A stretch of 63,573 nt of DNA, filler included, from Atractiella rhizophila (GCA_021432655.1; 10 parts of 10 records of this genome joined end to end with filler, not necessarily neighbours in it), one strand, 5' to 3'; counted from the first letter of the whole stretch, positions 1 to 13,572 are shown. Program-made: numbers and translations. Notes: generated from the letters alone by a model not told the origin.

Positions 1-2504
1 AAGCAGCATACATCTGATAGCTGTCTCTCCTAATAGTGAAGCTGAAGCAACAATTGATGAGAGCCTCCGGCATTGGCTCCTTTTTCTTCTTCTTCCCCGC
101 TTGCGCTTGTGCCTGCGTGGTTTGATTGACCAAGACGCAGGTGGTGAGGACGGCTTTTTGGGAGGCGTTGAATGCAATGTTGCCGTATTTCTCCCAGTAG
201 TTTACCGCTGACTCTTCCGCCATCAACTGTTCACAACCCGACAGTATGGTTTAGTAGCTTAGCATTGCGGTAGTAGAAAGAGTGGGCGGGGGATAAGGGA
301 GGAGACGCACCTCGTATACTGCCAACCTCCCATCCCTCAACTGGTCGATGCTGACGCCGATCAGCTCCGCAAACTCCTTGTTGCCTTTGTATATCTCTGT
401 TACCCAAACACAACAAATCCAAAAGAGCATCAATAACGACCACATTAACTCTCGTACCCCTCGTCATAAAGAAGAGGTGGAAGGAATGACAGACCTCCAG
501 TCCGCCGCCACAAACAGGCGGGAATGCCCATCGCGGAAAAGACTCTGTCGTAATCGAGCATCATGCGTTCGAAGGCTTCTTCGATGAATACCAGATCAAG
601 ATCGGTTAGAGAAGCTGCCACAGCCTATCCAACACCCAATGAATCGACAAGTGGGAATTTCAGGGATGGATGGGCGAAAGCTTACGCGGAAAGCGGGTCT
701 GAATTCTGATAAAGTCTGCAGCGTCCTCTGTCGTCCAGCCAATGACATACTAGGCTGCGCCATCAACGACCGTCTTTCACTGGCCCAAGAAAGTGGACGG
801 CGCACTTGGACTCTATCCACCTCACTTGGCCAAGGTTAACAATAAATATTTGTGCAGGAAGTGAGAACGGCTTACTGAGACGTGTATAGCCAGCAACATG
901 ATTGTAAGGCCGCAGTAGGCCAGCTTCGAACTTTGCTCGTATCACCCTTGCTAATCTCTCGTCTCGAGATCCATCCTTCTGGTCTGCAACAGCGAGGGCG
1001 TAGCGTTCTGTCCTGTGGTCCACACAATCGACATCAATCGATGCGGCTTGTCGTCTCGGAAAGGGGAGGATAGATGAAGACGAAGATGTGAGGGAGGGAA
1101 GGGAGAAGTGAGGAAGGAAACGACGGAGAAGAGACGGAGAAGGAACTGACTTATTCCCACCTAAAACAGGCTCCACGCTCCCGCCCTCGCCTGAATCCTC
1201 CGTCCTCTGTCCCGATCCCAAGCCAGAACCCGACCATCCTCCTCCGTGCTGCTCGTCGCTCATCCCCACCCCTTGTCCCTGACCCTGACCCTGTCCCATC
1301 TGTTGTTGAAGTGACGATTGAGGCTGTGCAGGCTGGATGGGCGAGAACTGCTGTTGTTGCAGAGACGGATACTGCTGTTGCTGATGATGCTGCTGGTGTT
1401 GGTGCGGAGCTGGGGTTAGGTTCGTTGGCGGGGAGGCGAGAAATCCATCCATCAACCCGGCGAGCGAGCCTGCGCCACCTGCCTCATGCAGGGAACGGAG
1501 GAAGTCGCTGGCACACCCAAAGAGCATATCAGCTTCCAGCAGGACTGAACGGAAGAAAAAGAGTGTTCTTGCTGCTTTCTCAAAGGGACAAATTAGGAAG
1601 GTGGGTGACATACTTCAGCTCTAATCCGAAAAGTCCATCCTCTCCCCCCGGTACCCAGGATCCATCTATAAGCATAGGCATCATGGGGTTCATCTGCCGG
1701 TTCATTTGCATTTTCATCGGGCTCGGATTCGATGGTGAGAGGCTGAGCATAGGAAAATCAGGTTGAGCTGCTCCTGTTCCAGCAGTTGTAGCAGGGGAGA
1801 ATAGGGATGCGGAAGGAGAATTGGATGGGATGGCTGCGTAATACATGTTACTATATCAGAACAAAAGGGAAGAAGTGGAACGGACACGCGGGTAAGAAGG
1901 GGTTTCCGTTCCCGCTCCCTCCAACGTTTGATGGATGAGCCGAGAAATCTTGACCTACTGGCGCTGCTGGTGGGTGAGAAGGAGGAAGCGGGATGGGTTC
2001 AGTCTATTCATCACATCAGTATTTAACAGCCAACAAGCAGCTTTGGAGGAAAGCGTACGCGGACAGCAGGCGTAGGAGCTAGTGGATCGTCTCTACATAC
2101 TGTCATGTTAAATTTTATATCAGAATCTTTGAACTATATTATGAAAGACAGAACGTACGATGACCTATCTCCCTCTTGATACATCTCTCGCACGGTCTTG
2201 TTTCATTACAGTACATGTGACTTCTGCTCTCATAGTACAAATCAACATCAGAACTCAACATCGACAGCGTGCAGATACTTTGTCATCAGCGGGGTATATA
2301 CGTCGAGAATGCTGAAAAACCTCAACATATATGGCTTCAAGGCAGAAAAGCGAATGGTGTAGGGCCAAACAAGACTGACCGTTTACAGAATAAGCAAGCC
2401 TTGCTCACTTTCTTCCTCTTCCCGCCGTCAGCTGAGGAGGCGGCAGATGGCTTCTTCTTCATGCCCCCCAACTTTCCTTGTGTGTCTTCGCTCGCTTGGG
2501 TCAT
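1..2504 (-). CDS. RDS2: Zn2Cys6 + PAS transcription factor, RDS2/AcuM family (multi-exon; 3' end runs off the window)
   Basis: Spliced N-terminus KVSKACLFCKR-SHMYCNETRPCERCIKR.IGHLC; middle DERLARVIRAKFEAGLLRPYNH; C-terminal PAS-region motifs EIYKGNKEFAELIG, EESAVNYWEKYGNIAF and INCCFSFTIRRD. Confidence 0.88.
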
Positions 2505-3081
2505 CCGCTCAGGAATTTGGTGGTCGAAGTTCAATTGATCAAATTGATAAGTTCTTGTTGTGGAATGCAAACTTTAGCCAAATAGCGACAACTGCTCGTC
2601 CTGAACCTCAGGTGGAGGGTTCGAGGGTTCTTCTGTTGTGGGCCTTCTGCTTGAAGCACACACGCTTCAGCGCAGCACCTTGCCAGTCTTCTTGCAAACG
2701 ACTACAACTTCGACTCGCATTGCACTCCCAATATCCGAATATTGAAAGATTCAAATGATGGGGTAGAAGTAGGAGGAAATGGACCAATCTAACATTGCAC
2801 TAGATGAGGTGAGCTATTCTCCTTTGCTTGCATAGATGGTATGAAGGAGAGTGCTCAATATGCTGTGGACTGGGTGTCTGTGCAGCAACAGTCGTTTAAT
2901 AGGTGTAGACAGCACTTTCTGGAGACGGCTGTGTGCAGCCAAGCTTGTGACTGCTTTGAGTCGGGCCAACTTCAACAATCACATTCATGACGGAATATTC
3001 GAATATCCACTTCTCAACCTCTCTTGTTACGGTCACCGAATGGATGTGGCAGATGGTCAAAAGAAAGGTCAGCTCAGAAAA

Positions 3082-3262
3082 TGTTGTTTTCTCTGCTGCT
3101 TCGTTAACCTCAAACAAATGTATTACATTTGGCCGAGCTCTTGAAAACGCATGAGCAGCAGAAACACAAGAACAGGTGTTTATATACATGAGGGCTTGTG
3201 GTAAAAACTTCCAGAATGTTCATGAAGAAAGTATTACTAACATTTTACACATCTCCAGCAGA
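3082..3262 (+). repeat. ~180-bp dispersed repeat, copy 1 (copy 2 at 34862-35038)
   Basis: Near-identical to 34862-35038, including the exact block aaacttccagaatgttcatgaagaaagtattactaacattttacacatctcca. Confidence 0.92.
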
Positions 3263-3481
3263 AAAGTTCTTGATGTGAGGCTTCCATAATGTGCAGGTGC
3301 CTTCTGACTCTCTACCATCTTCCTAGCAGCAGAATGGTTTGGCTCCTGGAGCGGATTTGGCGCTGTGAACTCTTCATTCCTGCATGGGCTCTCTCTGACG
3401 GTGATTTACAGATACTCGAGCGGACAAGTGACCAGATAATGCCAGAACTGGAGTTTGAGCGACAACTAGTCAGTATTTCGG

Positions 3482-4496
3482 TTGAGTTTGAAATGGTATT
3501 TACTAAGGGTGCAGATGAAGGTCCCAGGGCTGAGGCGAGAAGCTGAAGACAGCGACTTGTTGCTCGTTCATCACTCGAATTCCACTCCTCCCTCGCATCC
3601 GGCAGATGGGAATGGGGATATCCAAGTGACTGAAATTAAGGATTCGGTGGTACTGCCTCGCCCATTGAAAGAATGGTGTCGGAATTCGGATCTGCCAGCA
3701 CGGAAACGGTGGAACAAGGTTGTACGCCATTCCTGCTCCACCCATGACGTCCTTGACGACTTCGCACCACAGTGTCCTCACCTTTGGTACACATTGCCTC
3801 TCCCGCCGGTTCCCTCCCTCCCACGGAGCCTCCAACGCCCGATAGTTTCCTCCATCCGCCAATAATCAGAGGGAACAAGCCGATCCCTTACATCGTTCAA
3901 CTGCACGACGGGGGTTGCGAGCACAAGTTCCCAGTAGACGCAGATTTCAACAATCGCTCTCAGCCTCCCACCCATCCTTTGATGCCCAAATCAAGGCACA
4001 GACCGATGCCTCTTCGGAAAGAGGAGAGTAAGATCAGGAGACCGAACCTTGTGCTGCCCACAGATGTCGAGGTGGTGTATTCGAAGGAGAATATGAGGGC
4101 AGTCACCGTGTGGGACTTTTGGTTCTCGAAAGGGAAAGAAAGAGGAGCTACCCTGTCGCTTGGAGAGTGACGTTGTGAGGAAAGGTAAACGAGCTACAAT
4201 GGATGGAGGAGAAGGACTCAGCCCAACCCGACTCCGTGAAGAAGAGCATGGTAGTCGTTTATGGCGTTCGTGAGTCCATCGCTCGTGACAGCGAGACAAC
4301 AGTCGAAAGGGCTCGGATAGATGCCTCTTTTGGAAGTTCCTCCCGTTTCACTCCCCTGATACCACTCCTTCAAACTGAGAAGCCTAATTCCTTTCCCGCC
4401 CCCACGCCAGCAGAGTTGGAATGCCATCTGCTCACTATCGGCCGGAGAGCTTCTCCAAGAGCTGCAAGGTCGCGTCAGTCTGGAGGAGGCCAGTGA
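3482..4496 (+). pseudogene. Possible degenerate gene of unknown family
   Basis: Three consecutive coding-like ORFs (3482-3865, 3772-4170, 4203-4496) broken by stops or frame changes; no recognisable motif. Confidence 0.3.
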
Positions 4497-6856
4497 GAAT
4501 CCTGACCCACGATGGGAAGGGCGCTGAAGCAGCGAGATAGCCTGCTGAGTTCTCCTCCATGGTGACCATGCAGGAAATGGAGACGAGCTAGTATTTTGTT
4601 CGCTAGAGCGATTCGATGGGTGTTGGGGACATTGACGGCTTTTGAATACTTGTGGTTGAGGTGATGCTCTTTCATATGAATCTTTTCATGCCGCTTCAGA
4701 TCCCCTAGTCGTTTGAATGTTTTTCGACATGTCTGGCTCGCGTGGAATACGACCAGTGTGCTTGCATTGTCAGTTCAAGAAAGAGGCGAGCCTCGCATGC
4801 GTGTGGTCTGAAGGGAGCGTGTACGCGAAGAAGAAGAGCCCTACGCCGCCTGAGACATGTAACTCTACAGTTCTTCCATTTGTAACTGTCGGTCGCAACA
4901 TGATCTTCACAAAGATGATTGGACAGCAGTTTTCTGTCCCCAATAGTCAATATCTCAGGATAAGCAAAAAGTCGAGAATAATGACTTACCAGTCCTCGAG
5001 CGTTGATTGGCACTTTTTCCCGAAAATCGAGGTTACACCTGCGTCAGCAAGTTATCGGCCATTAGAAACAAGTTAGATCAAACGTTCCTAACGAATACGA
5101 GGCACTCTGCGGTCATTTTAGTGCAAGCTATGTACCAACCTACAAACGGCCATTCTCATGGACAAGCTTATACATCTTCGATGAACACGCATATTACTGT
5201 GCACAAATTGGTGATTTCCATTTCTACTCCGGTGAGAGTATGAAAGAAAAGGTGTGGCCAGATCTAAAGCTTCAGACTTCTTCATTCCCTCGCACCCCGC
5301 ATATGATCATAAGGAGGAGCATCTGTTCCCTTTCATCCTTTCCATATTCTGTTGCAAACTCCTACTCTCAACCACAAAAATGATGTTGGTGCCATTTGAC
5401 CATCTGTTTCCTCATTGACAAGGACAATACACGGAGGTTCGCTAAAATTTTAGGCTCCGGACGATCCGTCCGTCGCTCCATGCCATCTTTTTTCTTTTTC
5501 AATGACGACAACGCCAAGCTGAATGAGTTCTAATTGCCAATGATAGAGACCACTACTTTATGACTTGACATATTGATTTTTCTCCACTAGCTACAAGACA
5601 TCTGTCCTGCAAAAGAGCTGCCCTGTCCAGCATGGTATATCATGGCAAATTTTGGGAGTATTAGTAAATTTCACTTGTCTCTGGCTTGTACTTCAACAGG
5701 TAGAGAATTTGTGTCCTCCTTCAATCAGCCTTGACTTGTTCCATTGACGCATTGTAAATACGGTGAAAGCAAGAACCCGCCCATAAAAATGATTGTATTG
5801 TGTCCGCTGTGTCAAGCTTTTGAAGGAGAAAGGAGACAAGCAGATACTAAATCTAGATGTCTTGTTGCCTTACTGTCAGCCTGTCAGCAAAGTCTGAAGG
5901 TTTAAGAACATGCTATCTCCATCATCGCCCTGAATGCATGGTAGAGCAATGTCGCAGAAAGTACGCAGAATTACAATTCCACGAGAAGACAACCTTGGAG
6001 GATGGCTGAGCCATCCACTCCAAATGGTATGGTCATTTGGCCTTTCAGAACAGCACTAATGCCAGTGAACATCGTTAGTTGAACATTCTGAAAGTGAAGT
6101 GACAAAGAAGAGGAGAGAAGAAGCCAACCAGCAGAGAGTACAACCACCTCGATCATTCCATCCAGAAGGACTCGAAGCTCACTTCGTAGTGTGTGCCTAT
6201 GTCGGATGATTTACATGCTGTAACATTTGCATGCAGATGCATTGTGAGATTCCAGAATCAGCCAGGCCAGCTCTCTGGGACCAGATCGGCATGCTACGAA
6301 GAGGGTTAAAATGGAAGTGCTTGAAGGAGAAGATCTTGAGCAGAATCCAGATCCTCCTCATCCTCCTGGACGTACCGGTAACTTGACCATCAGCGTTTCT
6401 CAGCCAATTTGTGCTCTTGAAGGAGCCGAATTTACTTTTGGGCAGGGTGTCAATAAAGAGCTCAGATCTAATGTTGCTGCTCCTGTGCTTCGCGGTGAGT
6501 AGGCTTACTCTCTATTTTTTTCCACTACGCTAACGTCATTGTCATTGTTCCGTCTTGCAAGAGCTTTCAGTTGATGCTCAATCATCAGCAGTTTCAGTAA
6601 TGAGTGTTTCCTCCTCCAGAGCAGGCTCTGTGCACCGGTCAGTCAGGAAGGGGAAGAGGGCAGAGAACCTGCATGGTAAGGTTTCCAGCTATGAGTTTTG
6701 AGACTCAGTCTCACGTATATCGTCCAGATGCAGTCCTAAGCAATGACTCTATCGTTCCTATTTCTGCTGAGCAGAGCACTGAAGATGTCATAATGTGTGG
6801 GTGCACATCATCCTTCTTGCTCAGCTTACATTAGAACTTTAGCCTTGAATGAGAGT

Positions 6857-6956
6857 NNNNNNNNNNNNNNNNNNNNNNNNNNNNNNNNNNNNNNNNNNNN
6901 TTAATTAATTAANNNNNNNNNNNNNNNNNNNNNNNNNNNNNNNNNNNNNNNNNNNN
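6857..6956. other. Artificial contig linker
   Basis: N44-TTAATTAATTAA-N44; the core places stop codons in all six frames. Confidence 0.99.
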
Positions 6957-7308
6957 TCCTCCTCATGGACTCTGTCCTGTTCGCTGGTGTCCAAGTACCT
7001 CATCCCCTTGAACCACGGTTCGTGTTGAAGGTTCAAACGGACGGCAGTCTTACTCCTATCCAGGTTAGTTTATCTCTACCTTCACTTCTATCTCTCTATT
7101 CTTGCGATATTGACAGGAATGCGTTTGGATGTGATTTGGGTAAAAGGCGGTTAAAGATGCGATCACCAAGTTAGTCGTGACCCTCGACAATCTGAGGAAG
7201 GAGTGTCAGAACAAGTTCAATACTGCAAAAGTCTTGCACATTCAGGGGCAGCAAGATTTGGCAAATGGATATGGAGGTGGGATCGGAGAAGAATACGGGG
7301 GATTATGA
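6957..7308 (+). CDS. RPB11: RNA polymerase II subunit RPB11, 3' part (intron 7064-7146)
   Basis: VLFAGVQVPHPLEPRFVLKVQTDGSLTPIQ|AVKDAITKLVVTLDNLRKE; stop TGA at 7306-7308. Confidence 0.9.
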
Positions 7309-7915
7309 GACGTTGTGGTGTCGATGTGTATCAATAGATCGGTGCGCTGTATCATTACTCCTCTTGTCATCCTTCTGCGTTCCTAGCTCGAGATTTTTGG
7401 CTGTCAATATCTTCCTTCAGCGAAGTGTTTATGTCTTTCCCTGAAACACCCTGACTTATAAATCGAATAAGGGAATGTGGGTTCAAAGCACGTAACTACT
7501 TGTCGTTGAAGCAATTTTTACTCTCCATTGAAATCAGGCTGCTACTTCCCAAACACCCAATGATGGATAATCTCCTTCTTGTGTTCTGGCGATTTCAGCA
7601 AACGTGGCGTTGACGAAATGTTCTTGGAGCACATTACTCCTTCCTTTGATCCCTACTGGTTTGCACGTCAACAATAAGAGTTGTCCGAGTGCTTGAGTCT
7701 CACTCACCGAACTTCTCGTCTTCAGTTAATCAGAGTTAACAATAACGTGAGAAAGGACTGAAAAATGAACCTCAAAAATAGCCGGCCGAGTTGGACCCGC
7801 CAAATATGTTGTCCTCGTGAACCTGAGAGCGCCTTCAGTTCACATCCAAACCTGTCAAAACAACGAAAAACAATTGTTTCCCTTTCATCTCCCAATCCTC
7901 CTAATCAGCCAGCGG

Positions 7916-9323
7916 ATGAAGGATACTAATGCCTCAGACGCATTCAAAGCCTCTCTGGCGGAAACCGTCTCAAGCGCAAGGCCATGGAAGGTACATCCTC
8001 CCCCTCCCTTACCTGCCTCTGCTTCCCAGAACAAAACCGTGTCGGAGGCTACAAGCGTACCGTCCAAGACATCGACTTCGAATATAGTGGGAGGTACGGA
8101 GAAGGAACAAGGCTCCAGGATCGCTTCGAGCTCGAAAGAGTATGGTAATACAACCTTGGCACGTAACGCGTCGCATCCGAGTGTCAGACAATCTTTGGCA
8201 TCATCCGTGACAGCACCCACGTGGGAGCTTCATCTACCTTCCATCTCTGCATCGTCTTTAGCTGCCGCAACTTCAAGCAAGAAGACAATATCTCTTACCG
8301 GAACCACGAATCAGGATCCCAACAGCGTGAGCCGGAGTGAACCGTCCACGTCTGCCAAAACTCTGGTAGCAGAACATTCTGATGCAGCCACTTCTTCTGA
8401 GATAACGGTTATTTCTAAGAAAAGTGAGCAGGAGTCTTCTCAGAAAACTACAAGGAAAACAGAGGAGAAGGGAGAGAAAGGGAAGAGAGCCAAGAAGCAA
8501 AAAGGTGCATCAAGTACCAGCATCTCCACATCTGAGAAAGGCAAGCATATTGCTTCTTCGCATTCCTAGCTAGCTAATTACCAAATTGACATATCGGTTT
8601 CATCAGCTCCTGCCCAGTCTGCACGTCCTAAAAGAAAGGCTGTTCCGAAGGCGCCTTCTGCATCACAAAAGACAGCTGCTCAAAAGGAGCCAGTAAAACG
8701 ATCAGGAGTGAGGAACCGTGTTGTGTGTATTTCGTTTCACTTTTGACTCCTTGGGCTGAATTCCTTGTCTTCCCACAGCACAGTGTTCCGAGCAAGGGGT
8801 AGGATCTCCACCCTTGTGTGCCACATCGAGTTTGCTGACGGAATGATGAAGGTCAGCTGTTACAAATATTCTGGCAAGGCTCAGTGTATGCTGTGCGAGA
8901 TAAAGGGAGAGGAATGCAGGTTCGTAAATCATCGCTGGTAATGACACAAAAATCAAATTAACCTGGATGTTTAGTTCGGTTCGTTCTTTCACCGTCCCTC
9001 TCCACCAGTCTGTCCACGTAGGGAAGCGGGTCTGGCTACAAGAATTTGCTCCCGGTCGCTGGGAAGTGCTAGACTGTCCTCCAGCGGCTGGTTCGTCTGC
9101 CACAACGCAGGAACCGAGATCATTTCTCCTCATCCCTGCTCCTCCTCCCACTCCAGTCCCTGAGAATACCGCGATCCAAACGCAGCTGGGTCAGGACCGC
9201 GAGTTGGCGGGTGGACGGACGGGAACAGTGAAAAAAAGGAGAAGAGTAGATGAGGAGGAAGAGTACAGAAGGCGGCAATCAATTAACCCGACAGCTTTCC
9301 GACCTAGAGAAGGCTCAATGTAG
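7916..9323 (+). CDS. Hypothetical Ser/Thr/Lys-rich protein, multi-exon
   Basis: Long ORF from ATG 7916; probable GC-AG intron 8541-8606; last exon carries a basic KKRRR patch and stops at 9323. Confidence 0.55.
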
Positions 9324-11730
9324 CCCAGATAGCATACGTGGCATGCGAGAGAAATGAAGAGGTAGCGTCGGTCTGATCGGTGAAAAATCCTTGGAGGTAA
9401 GCCAGAGCATAATTGTGAATAATGGCCACATGGAACTTCGGAACTTCTGTATGAAATTGTGAATTCGGTATTTATGGTCTTAACTAAAGTAAGATTTAAC
9501 ACCATTTCGAGCATGGCCAAAAGAAAGTCACGAATACTTGAATACTTGGTAAATAACTCACTGTGTAATTGCAACAAGGGAGTGGAGATAAGCGTCGGAT
9601 AATTTACGCCGTAACAAAGGATCGTTTCCTCCTGTCCATAAATTTTATCAGCGACGGGTGAACTAGGGAAAATGAACCTGTAATGATGCTAGAAATTACG
9701 TCCGCTTTCTGACATGCTTGTCAACAGGGAACAAAATCGCAATCCCAAAAAGGAGTGAGTTGCTCCAGCCATCTGGGGTGCGCTTACTGTAAATTTATAG
9801 AAAAAAACCTCCTCCGTGTCGTATGTTGTTCCCTTACACTTTCTACGAATGTGTCAACTCAGGTTTGCCTATTAATGATTTGTTTGGACTTAAATCGAAG
9901 TTCCATGCCATCAAAAACACGTGCGCGACGATATTCACCCTTCTTGTGTATCTATTTACTCGATGTCGGCAGAAACATTGCACCTGGGTTTCAGGATATC
10001 CGTGCGCTGCTTGCGTTCGTAGCCGGACCATGGTCCAGTGTGTGTAAGTCGTTTACATCTCCAGAGTTTAGCATGTTGATTCTCTTCACAGCCCTTTCGA
10101 GCGCCGTATATACACAGAGGAGTCAAAGTTAGTTCTCTCTAACAATACATACTGAGCTCATCGTCATTGTTGGAGCAGACGACATAAAACTTCGAAAGCC
10201 TGTGGTACGTTCCTGTTTTCATCGAGCAACAGCGGCTGGGATATCACGTATAACGTCACTGCAGACCTCTGCCGTCAGCGGAAGCGAAAGTGCAAGCCCT
10301 TCAGCCCAGACTCTCCTTTTCCTTGTCAGACATGTGTCCAAATGGGCAAGCGAGAGGAGTGTCAGTACGTGCCTGCCTTCCTTATCTTTGTGCGAATCTA
10401 GGTTGCCTGAGATGCTTTTTATGGTCGCTTCCACAGTGTCAGTCAACGTGGCAGGATGCCAGCTACTCGCCCTGTCCTACAGCCTTCGACGATTCAGATG
10501 CAGGGTGCAACATCAGAAACGATGCAGACATCTGAAGAGGATCAAAGGGATGTGGTCCAAGTTCAGGAGCGCCCCGATGAGCATCCAGTGCCGGGAAAGC
10601 TCACCCCACGAGCTGAACAGGGCAGCGTGCAGGAGGTTGAAGAAACTGGGGAAGTAGAAATGCACCATCTCAACCGACTTCCCGTCGACAACAACGGAAC
10701 TCAGGAGATGTCGATGGAAGTGGAACAACCGGAGGTTAGAAGATATTCTCACGAGGATAGAGATCAACACTGCGCGAGGTACGCATCCCTCTTGCAAAGA
10801 GACTGATCGCAAGCTGACACGCTGCCGTCTGATAGAGAAAACGCTTTCCCATTGCAAGAAGGAGAAAGGCGCCAGTGCAGTTCGTTTGGCTCCTTCTTCA
10901 TCATAGTGAGTATCGCATTAATATGAAAAGTAGTTGGATGTAAAATGCACAAGGTGGGCCTTTCATATGTTCTCATACTGCTACAGATGCAGTGGAACTC
11001 ATCAACACTGGTCATACTTTAGGCTGGGCAAAACGGGTTGTGTAGCTGTTGTGTGGCAAAGAGGCGGCAGAGGGTGGAGCAGCGAAACAGGTGTCCATTC
11101 TCCTCACCCCTGATTAAGACCTCATTATTGACCGCTGTACCATAGGTTGGTTGCGGTGGGAGGAGCAAGGTACGTCTTGGACTTCTGAGCACAAAGTCTG
11201 CCCTAACGCTGGCAAAGGCGCATGCCTAATGCTTGTGGTACGATGACCTGATCATCTTCCGGGATTGACATGTTTGATGAGAGCAGCTCGCTGTCGGACC
11301 AGAAAGGTCAGTTTATCAATGGGGCAAAGAATGCTCATTGACATGTGTGGAAGATACGTTGCGAATTCGTCGTCCACCCCGACTTAGGCTGTACAGAATG
11401 TCGCCGCGCCAATCAACCTTGCGTGTAAGTTGCAACGAATATTTGGCCTGGGTTAGTCAGTCCCCCTTGAACTGAGATAACTCGGATAGACCTACAGAGG
11501 GTCGGAAGAGCAAGAAGAAGAAGACCGAAAGTAGCCAGCGTCCCTGCGGTCAGTGGCTATCTGTTCTCGATAAACCTACAAGAGATTAACTTTGAAAACA
11601 GTGCCTTGTAAAGTAGTAAAAGTATGAATGGCTCTCATGCAGTCCAGTCATCAGCTGACTGTGTGCTAGATACCATGCGTCCGTAAACCGAACGCTGCCG
11701 CCTGCGACGGCTGCTTAGAATCAGGGTTAG

Positions 11731-12948
11731 TTGAGAAATGCAAGTAAGTGCTCCCTCCATCAATTTTCTCAAGAGTTTGATATCCTTTATTGTAGCGCCC
11801 ACGTAAGACCACTTAAAAAGCGTTCGCTTCAGCGGACGGAGGACTTGATCAAGCCGGAACGTCAAGGGTTCGGTGAAGGATTGGAAGCAGGAAGGCATCT
11901 CCCTGATCCCATCCCAATGGACAATCTGGACCCTCTCGCTGAGTGGACTACCCCTTCACCTTCTCCTGAGTTTGAACAGATGGACCTGACGAGGATGCGG
12001 GCATCATCATGGAGTCCGAGCCCCAGCGTGTCAGAAGTCTCGCTGGTTGACAACGAGAGCGTGGAGCGAGTACAAAGATTTCGACCACAGACGCACGATT
12101 CTCTCTCTACCCGCGACTGGAGGAGCCAAAATAGCCTGTCATCTTATGATTCATCCACGCAAGAGTCACGCAGCGAAATGTCTTACCGTGGGTCTTATTC
12201 TGCGGACGACAGCTTGTCCATGGCGTCTACTTCTCATGTCCCCTATCGTACATCTTACTCCCACGAGAACATGTCTTCCAGGTATTCCGACTCCCGAGCT
12301 TCGTACAGCCAATATGGCGGCACATCATTTTACGGAGGTGATAACGACAGTTTGATATCGGGTTCCACGCTCCACCACGATAGGTCTCAGGATACCCACG
12401 AAGGACATTCCCGCTTCTCAAGTACTCCACGTCCTCCCTCCAGGGCCACAAACCTACCAGCTTTCTACTCGAGAGAAGATCAAAGAGGATATTACAGCAC
12501 TTTTTCGCATCAGACGGACCCCTCCCAAGATGCATATTTGGATTCAAACAGTAGAATGCCCAACATCTTCGACCCCAGTCAAACGTCCCATCCGAGTAGG
12601 CCAGGCTCTAGCGCAAGGCCCCACACATCGCACAGCGGAGACCGGTTCAGTGTGTTTAGTGGCTACTCACGGCTCGCTATTAGGGATGAGTCTTCTTACG
12701 GTGGTGACAATGAATCGGTGTATTCGCTGGCACAACCGCAGCGGCTCCTACACCTCCAGCCACAAGACTTTTCGCAACCTCAACATCTCCAAGTCCAACA
12801 GCCTCCGCTTCACGCCTCATTTCAATCACAGGCCCCACCTAATGCGCAGCTGTTCTCTCAAGAGGAGCAGCACGAAGCACAGCAATCTGGACAACTTCGA
12901 AAGGAGACAACACCACAACCACAACACTTTCGACGGTGGGAACATTGA
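11731..12948 (+). CDS. Large exon of a hypothetical Ser/Gln-rich disordered protein; smaller upstream exons likely from ~10 kb
   Basis: 405-codon open frame with low-complexity S/Y/Q composition; no recognisable domain. Confidence 0.6.
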   Translation: MRNASKCSLHQFSQEFDILYCSAHVRPLKKRSLQRTEDLIKPERQGFGEGLEAGRHLPDPIPMDNLDPLAEWTTPSPSPEFEQMDLTRMRASSWSPSPSVSEVSLVDNESVERVQRFRPQTHDSLSTRDWRSQNSLSSYDSSTQESRSEMSYRGSYSADDSLSMASTSHVPYRTSYSHENMSSRYSDSRASYSQYGGTSFYGGDNDSLISGSTLHHDRSQDTHEGHSRFSSTPRPPSRATNLPAFYSREDQRGYYSTFSHQTDPSQDAYLDSNSRMPNIFDPSQTSHPSRPGSSARPHTSHSGDRFSVFSGYSRLAIRDESSYGGDNESVYSLAQPQRLLHLQPQDFSQPQHLQVQQPPLHASFQSQAPPNAQLFSQEEQHEAQQSGQLRKETTPQPQHFRRWEH

Positions 12949-13534
12949 AGGAGATTCTCAGAGAGATGTGGGACCGTGGGACCGGTTCTCAGGTTGGTTG
13001 ATTGTGGTCACTGTTTCGTTTCTGAACAATCCTATTAAAAACTTCTGTCTTGAATTCACAAACTGAGGTATCTACGCGCATATTTATGCTCCACATGCTC
13101 TAGACCAGAGTCGCACACAAACCCAATCACTGAACACTGAGCTCACACTTTGGGAAGGAACCATTAGCCATCAACTTTCCTCTTTCAAGTCCCTTCACTG
13201 GGTATTTGACACCTATTTTCGCTAAAGTGATTACCACCCTACGCGAGGAGTGATCAGAAATGTTTTGTACCGAAGCAGCGTCGTCGTTTGACTCGCTCAT
13301 TGTTTCCATGTTTCGGAACCGTTGGAACTGAGTTCAACTTTTGAATCGACCAACAAGGATCATCGATCATTCCTTATCCTCCACTGTCAGAACGGGGAGA
13401 ATGATGCTCGAAAAGCTAGCGCAGGTGGTGTACTAGTTGTGATTCTGTAGCTGCCGAGCTTCTACAACGAAATGGGAATGATATCCCTGACCACATCCGT
13501 CATCAGCATTATCCTCTCGTCAACTTGTGTGTTG

Positions 13535-13572
13535 TAGCTGAGGATAGCATGAATAGCTGAGGATAGCATGAA
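13535..13572 (+). repeat. 19-bp perfect tandem duplication
   Basis: tagctgaggatagcatgaa occurs twice in tandem. Confidence 0.95.

Noticed and set aside
9900..10047. Zn2Cys6-like Cys pattern (CRQKHC..CAAC..C)
   Set aside because: The spacing is incomplete and I could not establish the frame or splicing.
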